A stretch of 64,000 nucleotides of DNA from a virus. The notes below the pieces were generated by a model. The model worked only from the letters and a program-made list of their open reading frames with translations, ran no database searches and was not told the DNA's origin. The stretch lies in the UHGV virus genome UHGV-1455077; one strand, written 5' to 3'. The translations under genes and the position numbers were made by a program. Positions 38,961 through 47,700 of this stretch are shown piece after piece; the stretch's first letter is position 1; the number at the start of each line of letters is the position of its first letter.

Positions 38961-39660
38961 TGAATATAAAGATTGGTTATATGATATTCAATACGATGAA
39001 GCATTTGAATATGCTTATTTTAAGCATTTAAACCAACGAAGAAAATATACAGATGAAAATTATATTAATCATCCAATCAGAGTACAACAAATTTTTTATG
39101 ACCATATGAATACTGCTGAAACTTATGGATATTTTGACCGTAGTGAAGAATTAGCATTATCTTGTGCCTGTATTTTACACGATGTGGTTGAAGATACAGA
39201 TGCAACATTTGTTGAAATTGAAGAAAAATTTGGAATATATGTTAGAAATTTGGTATATTGGTTAACAAATGTTTCAACACCAGAAATGGGTAATAGAGCA
39301 TATAGGAAAAAAATTGATTTACAACATACTTTACAAGCTCCAATTGAAGCAATTTGTATTAAGTTAGCAGATGTTATTGATAATTGCTCAAATATTGTCG
39401 AATCTGAACGATTTTATAATGATAACTTACGATTGGTAACAGAACTTCCTTCAAATTTTGCTGAAAAATATCTTAATGAAAAGAAAACATTTTTAAAAGC
39501 ATTATGGAAACTTAAAAAAGATAAATTTGATAAAATACCATCTACTATTGATTCTAATAGTATGTTTTATTGGAATAGATGGCTAATAGTATTTGAAAAA
39601 TTATATAATGATTGCTATAAAATTATTGAAGAACAATTAAAATTATTAAATAATTCGTAA
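38953..39660 (+). CDS. HD-domain (p)ppGpp hydrolase-like protein (small alarmone hydrolase, SpoT/Mesh1-type)
   Basis: HPIRVQQIF ... ACILHDVVEDTDATFVEIEEKFG ... LVYWLTNVS matches the RelA/SpoT hydrolase HD motif HPL.VA...AALLHDVIEDT..T.E.I...FG. Confidence 0.65.
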   Translation: MSNEYKDWLYDIQYDEAFEYAYFKHLNQRRKYTDENYINHPIRVQQIFYDHMNTAETYGYFDRSEELALSCACILHDVVEDTDATFVEIEEKFGIYVRNLVYWLTNVSTPEMGNRAYRKKIDLQHTLQAPIEAICIKLADVIDNCSNIVESERFYNDNLRLVTELPSNFAEKYLNEKKTFLKALWKLKKDKFDKIPSTIDSNSMFYWNRWLIVFEKLYNDCYKIIEEQLKLLNNS

Positions 39661-39963
39661 ACCGTTTTTCCAATAAAATTCTAAATCATCATCTGAATCA
39701 TACCGAATTTTAGCAAATTGTAAATGGGATATTGCATCTTGTGGAGATATATTAAACCATTCGCCACAAGATTTTTTATCTTTTAAATCTCTATGAATTA
39801 AATGTTCAATAATTCTTACTTTAGAATCTTGAACTTCTTCTTTATAAAATAATTGTAACTTATTCATATTTCCTGTTTGTAGTTGTTTTAATCTTTTTTC
39901 AGGAGTTTTTGAAAAGCCAATTTTAACTTGATTTTCTGTGCCGATTACATATATATAACTCAT
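39646..39963 (-). CDS. T5orf172 / GIY-YIG-like domain protein (free-standing, homing-endonuclease-like)
   Basis: YIYVIGTENQVKIGFSKTPEKRLKQLQTGN follows the T5orf172 pattern. Lone minus-strand gene overlapping the 3' end of the HD-hydrolase gene. Confidence 0.5.
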   Translation of the reverse strand: MSYIYVIGTENQVKIGFSKTPEKRLKQLQTGNMNKLQLFYKEEVQDSKVRIIEHLIHRDLKDKKSCGEWFNISPQDAISHLQFAKIRYDSDDDLEFYWKNGLRII

Positions 39964-40000
39964 AAAAATATTTATTTTTGTATTTTTTGTAAAAAAGGTA

Positions 40001-40029
40001 TTGACAAATGATTTTATATATAATATAAA
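40001..40029 (+). promoter_or_regulatory. sigma70-like promoter TTGACA-N17-TATAAA
   Basis: TTGACA 40001-40006, in the divergent region next to the T5orf172 gene. Confidence 0.4.
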
Positions 40030-40190
40030 TATGATTGTAAAGAGGTTATGGAAAAGAGTTCGCTTGATAGACGATTATTTGTATTTTTCAATTTTTAAAG
40101 CAAATAATACAAGAGGAGATTAAAATTGATGTTCATAACAGGGTGTTAATAAATCCCTAATGCCAGAGGACATAGCGTCTGGATATTTTT

Positions 40191-40226
40191 AAAGGAGATG
40201 ATTACCTTTCGTCATCTCCTTTTTCT
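40191..40226 (+). terminator. strong hairpin AAAGGAGATGA / TCATCTCCTTT plus T run, with no long ORF upstream of it
   Basis: 10-11-bp stem, loop TTACCTTTCG, then TTTTCTT. Confidence 0.45.
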
Positions 40227-40239
40227 TATAAATAATAAT

Positions 40240-40734
40240 ATGAAATTGAATGAACTTATACATAATACTTTATTAGATTTTTTATTGGAAGCAGAACGAA
40301 GCCATCCGAAAACTTCGTTTGATACTTATAAACAGTTACAAACTTTAAAACGTTATGGTTTTGATTTAAGTAAAGATATTCTCCAAAACCAAATGGATAA
40401 TGATTATGTTGCTCGTGTATATCAAATCATTCATAATCATTGTAAACTACTTAATATTGAAATATATAATTGGTTAAAACAAAACTATCATTTTAGAAAA
40501 ATAAGTTGGCAAGAATCTAAAACAACTATTTCACAATATATTCATATTATTTTAATGAATGGAAAACATATTGATATTCGTATATCTGACCATCGTGGTC
40601 AATTAAATGATAGTAGTAGAATTAATACATTAAACATTTATTATAATACACCATTTAATGATATTCTTAAAAATAAAATTAAATATTTTATTGAAACACA
40701 CTCTGAAAAATCCAAATTTCAAAAAACTGCTTGA
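40240..40734 (+). CDS. hypothetical protein
   Basis: Start moved to MKLNELIHN because the listed upstream part coincides with the terminator hairpin. Confidence 0.4.
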   Translation: MKLNELIHNTLLDFLLEAERSHPKTSFDTYKQLQTLKRYGFDLSKDILQNQMDNDYVARVYQIIHNHCKLLNIEIYNWLKQNYHFRKISWQESKTTISQYIHIILMNGKHIDIRISDHRGQLNDSSRINTLNIYYNTPFNDILKNKIKYFIETHSEKSKFQKTA

Positions 40735-40758
40735 CAAATAATTTATCTGTTTTAATAT
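40730..40758 (+). promoter_or_regulatory. sigma70-like promoter TTGACA-N17-AATATA (weaker -10)
   Basis: TTGACA 40730-40735. Confidence 0.3.
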
Positions 40759-40776
40759 ACGATTAGTATTAACTTT

Positions 40777-41505
40777 ATGAAAGAAAAAATTATGTATATT
40801 AAAACAGTTTATGATTTGATTGAGTATTCTAAAAATCATCCAAATTATGAATATACCTATTATGATGGCGATTGGATTGTTTATGATGATAAAGATAATT
40901 TGATTGATGAAAAAGAAGTTAAACTGAACAGTATAATGATGCGACAACTTGCAGATATGAATGTTATATCTTTTAAAGGTTATGTTATTTCACATAGAGC
41001 CGTTAGAAGGTATTGTGTTGATGAAAGTTTTGAAGAAAAAATTGCAATTATCAAAAAAATGCTAACCGATATTATTGTTACTGTTAAAGATGTTAAAATT
41101 AAATCATTAAAACACATTTCACAAATATTTGAAGATAGATATAAAATTTTTGCCGATACTGAAACAGAAGAAGGTTCTTATTGGGGTGGTTGCTATGAAG
41201 TTAGAAAACTTCATTTTTGTAATGATTTAAAATTTTGGGGCAGTAAAGTTGTATGGGAATATACTTACTATGTGGCTGGCAATTGCTTGGGGTCAAAGTT
41301 TTATAAAAATATGATTAATTTGTATTCTCAAGTATTTGGTGGTTGGGATGTATCCAGTAAAAATTATAAAAGATATATTGATGATAAACATAATTCATTT
41401 GTTACTGATGATGAATGGTTTAAACTAAGAGATGAAGCATTTGAAAAATCATATATTGAATGTTTAGAATATGTAAAAGGACATAAAAATGACACAAACG
41501 ATTAA
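40777..41505 (+). CDS. hypothetical protein
   Basis: ORF. Confidence 0.4.
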   Translation: MKEKIMYIKTVYDLIEYSKNHPNYEYTYYDGDWIVYDDKDNLIDEKEVKLNSIMMRQLADMNVISFKGYVISHRAVRRYCVDESFEEKIAIIKKMLTDIIVTVKDVKIKSLKHISQIFEDRYKIFADTETEEGSYWGGCYEVRKLHFCNDLKFWGSKVVWEYTYYVAGNCLGSKFYKNMINLYSQVFGGWDVSSKNYKRYIDDKHNSFVTDDEWFKLRDEAFEKSYIECLEYVKGHKNDTND

Positions 41506-41788
41506 TACATTTACTTGGAAAACAGCATCAGGAGAAATTTATACTCTTGACGAACTTAGTACAGAACATATTTTGAATATTATTAAATTTTTGGAAAAAA
41601 GAATGACTATTCATAAAGAAAAATATATTGAAAAGTATGGTTTTACAGAACGTTCGTTAATACGAATGACTATTTCAGCAATTAGAGTTTTTGAAGATGA
41701 ATTATTTGATAGAGGAGTTGATTATTTAACTATACGAAATCACATTGAAGATACATCTTTTTTAAAAAATGTTAAAAATGCCTATTGA
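41489..41788 (+). CDS. hypothetical protein
   Basis: ORF, coupled. Confidence 0.35.
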   Translation: MTQTINTFTWKTASGEIYTLDELSTEHILNIIKFLEKRMTIHKEKYIEKYGFTERSLIRMTISAIRVFEDELFDRGVDYLTIRNHIEDTSFLKNVKNAY

Positions 41789-41812
41789 CAAGTAATTTTT
41801 ATATGTTATATT
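41785..41812 (+). promoter_or_regulatory. sigma70-like promoter, second copy of the 32-bp element CCTATTGACAAGTAATTTTTATATGTTATATT
   Basis: Exact 32-bp repeat of 21582-21613, at 41781-41812. Confidence 0.5.
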
Positions 41813-41843
41813 CATAATAGTTTTAATTTATTGGAGAAAATTA

Positions 41844-42053
41844 ATGCTTAATAATCATAATGAATATAACGAAAAATTAACAGAGTTATTTTGGAATGGA
41901 TTATTAGAAGATGGATTATATGAATGTAATCTAACCAATGGAACAACAGATGTATATATTTTACGAGATGGAAGTTTTTATAAAACTTCTATTTCTAGTG
42001 GTGAACCTATTGACTTATTTGAAATTATGTCAATTATAAGACAGTTTGATTAG
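41844..42053 (+). CDS. hypothetical small protein
   Basis: ORF with RBS TGGAGAAAATTAATG. Confidence 0.35.
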   Translation: MLNNHNEYNEKLTELFWNGLLEDGLYECNLTNGTTDVYILRDGSFYKTSISSGEPIDLFEIMSIIRQFD

Positions 42054-42063
42054 GAGAAATAAA

Positions 42064-42180
42064 ATGAAAAAGAAATTTGTTGTATGGAAAAACCAAGATT
42101 CATTGTGGAAACATATTCGCAAGGCTCGTAAAAAACAGTTTTGGAAAAAAGTTCGTCAATTTCTTAAAACTACTAATTAA
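42064..42180 (+). CDS. unlisted small basic ORF (38 aa, MKKKFVVWKNQDSLWKHIRKARKKQFWKKVRQFLKTTN)
   Basis: RBS TTAGGAGAAATAAAATG and tight packing between neighbours; below the size cut-off of the ORF track. Confidence 0.3.
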   Translation: MKKKFVVWKNQDSLWKHIRKARKKQFWKKVRQFLKTTN

Positions 42181-42192
42181 TGGAGAAAAATT

Positions 42193-42375
42193 ATGAGTAA
42201 TGAAAAGATTTTTGATTTATTAGTTTTAGAAGATGGTTGCAATTTTCAATTACCATATTCAATTTTAATTGAAGAAAAATCTAAAAATTTCATTAAAAAA
42301 TTAGATGAATTAGAAGTTTTTGAAAAAATTATGGATGAATCCAATCCATATTTAGAAATTAGACGTATTAAATAA
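42193..42375 (+). CDS. hypothetical small protein
   Basis: ORF with RBS TGGAGAAAAATTATG. Confidence 0.35.
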   Translation: MSNEKIFDLLVLEDGCNFQLPYSILIEEKSKNFIKKLDELEVFEKIMDESNPYLEIRRIK

Positions 42376-42394
42376 TTAAAAAGGAAATAATATT

Positions 42395-42814
42395 ATGGCA
42401 TTACATACTGATTATATTCATATAGTTTCTAATTCTGATAAAACTAAAGATGTATATTTTTTTGATGATAAATTAAAAGGAAAACAAAAAAATAATTGGC
42501 AAATATATTTTAATAAAGATTTTTTGAAATCTAAAAATATTGCAACTTTTAAAGTTGAAAATGAAAAATTATTTGCAAAATTTCATACAATTGTTAAAAT
42601 TGAAGAATGGCAAGAAATTGGTGATGCCATTACAAAAGAAAGTATTAAAGAACATCATTATATGAAAATTGAAAACGAAAAAACCAAAGAGGGAAAGGAT
42701 TTATTAAGCCAAAAAATTGCAGATGAAAAAAATGCTTATGATGTTATAATGTATGCTTATTGGAAATTTAAAGAACAATATCCTGAATTTGTAAGAATTA
42801 CTATGCAAGAATAA
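42395..42814 (+). CDS. hypothetical protein
   Basis: ORF. Confidence 0.4.
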   Translation: MALHTDYIHIVSNSDKTKDVYFFDDKLKGKQKNNWQIYFNKDFLKSKNIATFKVENEKLFAKFHTIVKIEEWQEIGDAITKESIKEHHYMKIENEKTKEGKDLLSQKIADEKNAYDVIMYAYWKFKEQYPEFVRITMQE

Positions 42815-42845
42815 TAAAAATTGTTTAAAATATAAGAGGAAACAA

Positions 42846-44111
42846 ATGAGAACTTATTTAGTTGGCGGAGCAGTAAGAGATATGCTACTTGGAAAAGAAC
42901 CACACGATAAAGATTATGTGGTTGTAGAATCATCAGTAGATGAAATGTTATCATTAGGTTATCAACAAGTAGGTAAAGATTTTCCTGTTTTTCTTCATCC
43001 AATAACAGGTGAAGAATATGCACTTGCAAGAACTGAAAGAAAAACTGGAAATAAACATACTGATTTTGAATTTTTTGCTGATTATGCTGTTACCTTATTT
43101 GAAGATTTAGGTCGCCGTGATTTTACTATGAATGCTATTGCTTTTAATATTGAAAATGAAAGTTGTTGGAGTTGTTGCTTAAATGACCCTTTTAAAGGCG
43201 TAAATGATATTAGAAATAAAATTATTCGTCATATTAGTGATTCATTTAAAGAAGACCCACTTCGTGTTTTACGAGCTTGTAGATTTTCAGCACAACTTGG
43301 ATTTGAAATTGCTTCTGAAACTATGGAATTAATGTCAAATATGGTAAATGATGGAATGTTAAATCATTTAACTGTTGAAAGAGTTTGGAAAGAAACTGAA
43401 AAAGCATTATCTTCTGGCTATGATTCTGAAAAATATTTTGAAACTCTTAATCAATGTGGTGCATTGAAAGTATTGTTTCCAGAAATATATAGACTTGTTA
43501 ATACACCTGAACAAGTAAAATATCATCCTTCTGGAAATACTTTTAAACATACAATGATTGCTTTATCAAGAGTTAAAAATGAAAATTCTTTAACAAAATT
43601 TGCCGTTGTTTGCCACGATTTAGGAAAAGGTACAACTCCTGTTGATATTTTACCTAAGCATAGCGGACACGATGAAAGAGGATTAACAGAAATTGATTCT
43701 TTGTGTGATAGACTAAAAGTTCCAAATAATTATAGAAATTGTGCAAAAACATTTTGTAAAAATCATATGCGTATGGCTCGTTTTAATGAAATGAATGTTA
43801 AAAAACAATATGATATGATTAAAGAATTATCAAATAATTTTAAAGAACAAATGCTTTTGGAATTATATATTGATTGTTTTTATGCTGATTGGACAGGTGA
43901 AAATGAACAAACAGCTTGGAATAATTTAGATGAAGCAGATGCAATTACGACAAAAATGAGAAAAATATTTTCTTTAATGGAAAGAATTACTTTAAAAGAT
44001 TTACCAGAAAAAACACAAGAAGATTTAAGTAAACAAAAAGGTGAAAAATTTGGTAAACTTTATCGTGATGCAATGATAAGTTATTTAAAATATAAATTGA
44101 AAAATTCTTAA
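42846..44111 (+). CDS. cca: tRNA nucleotidyltransferase (CCA-adding enzyme) with HD domain
   Basis: YLVGGAVRDMLLG ... HDKDYVV (Pol-beta NT motifs), GRRDFTMNAIA, HD-domain VCHDLGKG. Confidence 0.7.
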   Translation: MRTYLVGGAVRDMLLGKEPHDKDYVVVESSVDEMLSLGYQQVGKDFPVFLHPITGEEYALARTERKTGNKHTDFEFFADYAVTLFEDLGRRDFTMNAIAFNIENESCWSCCLNDPFKGVNDIRNKIIRHISDSFKEDPLRVLRACRFSAQLGFEIASETMELMSNMVNDGMLNHLTVERVWKETEKALSSGYDSEKYFETLNQCGALKVLFPEIYRLVNTPEQVKYHPSGNTFKHTMIALSRVKNENSLTKFAVVCHDLGKGTTPVDILPKHSGHDERGLTEIDSLCDRLKVPNNYRNCAKTFCKNHMRMARFNEMNVKKQYDMIKELSNNFKEQMLLELYIDCFYADWTGENEQTAWNNLDEADAITTKMRKIFSLMERITLKDLPEKTQEDLSKQKGEKFGKLYRDAMISYLKYKLKNS

Positions 44112-44126
44112 AAATGTGCAATAAAT

Positions 44127-44165
44127 AGTTCTTGTAAGGATGCCTTATGGGTCTTTACAAGAACT
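44127..44165 (+). terminator. hairpin AGTTCTTGTAA / TTACAAGAACT with a GC-rich 17-nt loop
   Basis: 11-bp stem after the cca stop; the T run is slightly displaced (low-confidence terminator). Confidence 0.35.
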
Positions 44166-44192
44166 TAACTTGCTTTTTATAAGGAGATAAAA

Positions 44193-44684
44193 ATGACAAA
44201 TAATTTAATGTCAATTTATGATAATTTTTTTAATAACAAAAATTCTTTTGTTGGTTTCAATGATTTTTTTAAAGATTTAAATATGTTTGATTTAATGCTT
44301 GATGAAAGAGGTATTAAAGATTCTTTCCCTGCATATAATGTTTATACAAAGGCAATTAATGTTGCCGCAGAAAATGAAGACCCAATTCTCATTGACCATA
44401 CATTTATTGAAGTTGCCTGTGCTGGATATGGAAAAGATAATTTAGAACTTAATTATGATGAAGATTTCCATATTTTAACAATTGAAGGTAATAAAGTTGC
44501 AAATGATTCAAAAGAACAGAATTATAATTATAAAGGAATTGCAACTCGTTCATTTAAACGTATGTGGAAATTAAATGAAAAATTGAAATTTGTTAAAGCT
44601 AAATATGAAGATGGTATTTTAACAATTGAATTTGAACCAGAAATAAAAGCAACAAGTGAAATTAAATCACTTCCAATTGAATAA
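44193..44684 (+). CDS. small heat-shock protein (Hsp20/alpha-crystallin family)
   Basis: PAYNVY ... LELNYDEDFHILTIEG ... IATRSFKRMWKL ... AKYEDGILTIEFEPE follows the alpha-crystallin domain pattern. Confidence 0.5.
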   Translation: MTNNLMSIYDNFFNNKNSFVGFNDFFKDLNMFDLMLDERGIKDSFPAYNVYTKAINVAAENEDPILIDHTFIEVACAGYGKDNLELNYDEDFHILTIEGNKVANDSKEQNYNYKGIATRSFKRMWKLNEKLKFVKAKYEDGILTIEFEPEIKATSEIKSLPIE

Positions 44685-44685
44685 A

Positions 44686-44709
44686 AAAGAGGAGCATTTG
44701 CTCCTCTTT
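44686..44709. terminator. bidirectional hairpin between convergent genes
   Basis: AAAGAGGAGC-ATTT-GCTCCTCTTT. Confidence 0.55.
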
Positions 44710-47700
44710 CTAATCATTCGCACCCCATTTAATTGTATCAATATTTCCATAAATTTCTTTTAAAAACCAACCAAATTTTTCTTTTGTAATTTCTATTGCA
44801 TCATCAATATCGTCATCTTCTGAAATATAGGGCCAAACTAAAACTTCATTGTTATCTCCTAATGTACCAACAATATCACCATCAACATCAGCATATTCCA
44901 TAACTGCACCGTGCATAGCAACGCCAGCATCCCATACATATAATGTTTTTGATTGAGAATTATATACAAATCTAAAAGCTCCATATTCTGTTTTACTAAA
45001 AGTATTTCTTATCCATTCTGCCGAAGGATTTTTCCAAACTTTTAATTGAATATAATTTTCACTATATTCATCATAAACTTCTTCATTAAAATATAATGAT
45101 TCATTTAAATTAAATCTTTTAACATCCAGAACTTGAACATCTTTAGGATTAAATATAACAAAACATCTTCCATCTTGTTCACCAACATAAGTAATACCTT
45201 TAATACCATATTTTAGTAATACCATAGATGCTTTTTTAGAAGTTTCAAAAGCGTAAACCATTTTAGAATAAATTTCTTGACCTGTATCTGTATCTTCAAA
45301 TTCTAAATTAAATATGTTATTAATTTTATACAATTTATCTTTGATAGATGGAAATTGTTGATTTAAAGTTCTGTCTTCATATAAGTACCCATTTTCAGGT
45401 ATATCGCAAGTATAAACATAAGAAGGTTCTTGTTTAATATAATCTAATAATTTTAATTGAATTTTCTTTTGTTTAATTCTTTTTTTGATATTCTCAAGCA
45501 TTTGTGAGTTATTGTTACCCATAGAATTCCAATGTTTTAAACTTAATTCGTAATCTTTTATTAAATAATTCAATTCTTCTCTATAATCTGGAATAGTATA
45601 AGATGTAACATTAGCAAAAAAATTATATAATGTTTCATTATCTTTTTGATTTATTTTTTTATTTCCAAGATAAACACCAGTATCATTCCATTTTATTAAT
45701 TGACCTTTAAAATATGTTTTTTTGTTTACAGAAAATGTTTTAGCATATTTTTCGCCAATTTTTCTATCTAATGCATAATATAATCCCCAACCGTGTGCTT
45801 GATTTCCTTCGCCTGAACCAATAGCAATCAAAGAAGGTTTTTCATACTGTGTTGGAGAACCAGCATAAACTCTCATTTCATTAATTTGATGTTTGCCATT
45901 ATATTTTTCAATAAGAAGTTTATATAATTTTGTATCTAAAAAGTCATCAGTTCTATAATAAACAACAAAATTTTTACAAATAATCATATCATCAAAATAA
46001 TCATTTTTTCTATCAAAAGAAAAATAATCATTTTCATCAATTAAAATAGCAGGAAGATTTTCCCAATATTCATCTTTTTCACGTTGATTTTTAAAATTAT
46101 AATAACCTGCTTGAATAGCATAATCAAATAATTGATTATGTATATTAAATAAAGAATTGCCAATAATATATAAATTTTTATTTGTATCAATTAAAACTCT
46201 CATAGAAGGAATTTTATTAGTTAATTTAATAACATCGTAAACATTATTTGTAATATAAATTGGTGTATGAATAGTTTCAATTGTTTGTAATGATTCTTTT
46301 ATAGTATTATTTGAATCCCACATTTTATGCAATGTATCGTAAATAACTTGTATTTGATGCTCATCAAATTTCCATAATTTACCAATGTTTTCATCAGCCC
46401 ATTCAAAAGGTGTATTTCCGTAATATTCTGACATAGCACACCAATCTGCACACATTTCATATAATGCTTCATCGGGCATTTTACCTCTTACATCTGGTGC
46501 TTTAAAATAACTATTTTTATCCCAATGTTGAGAATGATGAGCATTATTACGATAATGTAATTCTTGAGCTACTTTAAATGATTTCCATTCCTCATCAGTA
46601 CAATTCATTTTACCCCAAATAAAACCTTTAATGTAAGGAATTAATAATTCTTTTGAAAATTTATCAGCATCGTGATTTGGATATTGTTTGTTTATTTTAG
46701 AAGCATATTTATTAACTAAATTTTTATGATTTTCATAATGTTGTTTAAATTCTTTTACATCTTCTTCAGATATTTTTTTATTTTCAACATTTTCATTTAA
46801 ACATTCATCAACATTTTCTGAATAAGGAGACCATAATCCTTTATTATAAACAGATTTAATTTGTGAAGGATTCCAAACAATATATTCATCTATAATATTA
46901 TTTGAACCACCCATTGGTGTACAATTATCAAGTACATTTTTAAAAATTACTCCATCAAATGATTCTTGCTGTATATATTCATCATTTTCTTCATCATAAG
47001 TTTCTAATTTATTAATAATATCATAATATAAATCTTCATCAAATAAATCATTGTTAAAATCAACATTACCTTGTAATGTTGCAATGATGGTATGACGAAC
47101 AGAATGGTTAAGCATACCCCCCTCAAAATCATAAATATAAGGATTTTCAATTTGAAGAAATGATGGGTTAATAGTTGGATTTTCTAATTTCTTTTCTCTA
47201 ATTTCTTCAGCATAAGCATACCAATCTTTTTCTTTGTCTATACCTTTATCATAAAATTCACTTTCTTTTGCTCTTACTTCAGCTTCACCTGAATAATCAA
47301 GAGCGGCATCTTTATCTGATGTGAAATAAAATGCACCTTCTTCATTATTACCTGTGTTTAAACTACAATAATTTTTATCAAATCTTTTAATATTAACATT
47401 GCTTCCGTGATAACAAATTAATGGATTACCATTCACATCAACAACTTTGGAATTACCAAACCATTTCCAGAAATTATCATTTAATAAATATTCTTGTTTT
47501 AATTCTTTTGAATTATTTGAATTAATCTTTTTATTTTCAAAATCAATGTCATCTCCAACATTTACTTTATTAAATGTTCCTTCTCCAAACCAGTTATCTA
47601 TAATTTTTTGATGATACCATTGTCCATCATCTAATTTGATTTGATTTTTATATTTGTCTTCAACAACTGATTCATCTAATAAACCTAAATCGTCATCGGC

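Noticed and set aside
40030-40230. Checked the locally GC-richer non-coding stretch for a tRNA gene.
   Set aside because: No acceptor, D-arm or T-arm (GGTTCGAATCC-like) pattern is present. No tRNA-like sequence was found anywhere in the window by eye.
39646-40240. Considered a group I intron with an intron-encoded GIY-YIG-type homing endonuclease.
   Set aside because: The flanking ORFs (HD hydrolase and ORF 40240) are unrelated complete genes rather than two halves of one split gene, and no P1-P9-like conserved intron elements are evident.
44127-44192. Possible sigma32 heat-shock promoter (CTTGAAA...CCCCAT-like) ahead of the Hsp20 gene.
   Set aside because: Spacing and sequence (CTTGTAA ... 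CCTTATGG) do not fit the consensus. The region is better explained as a terminator hairpin after cca.
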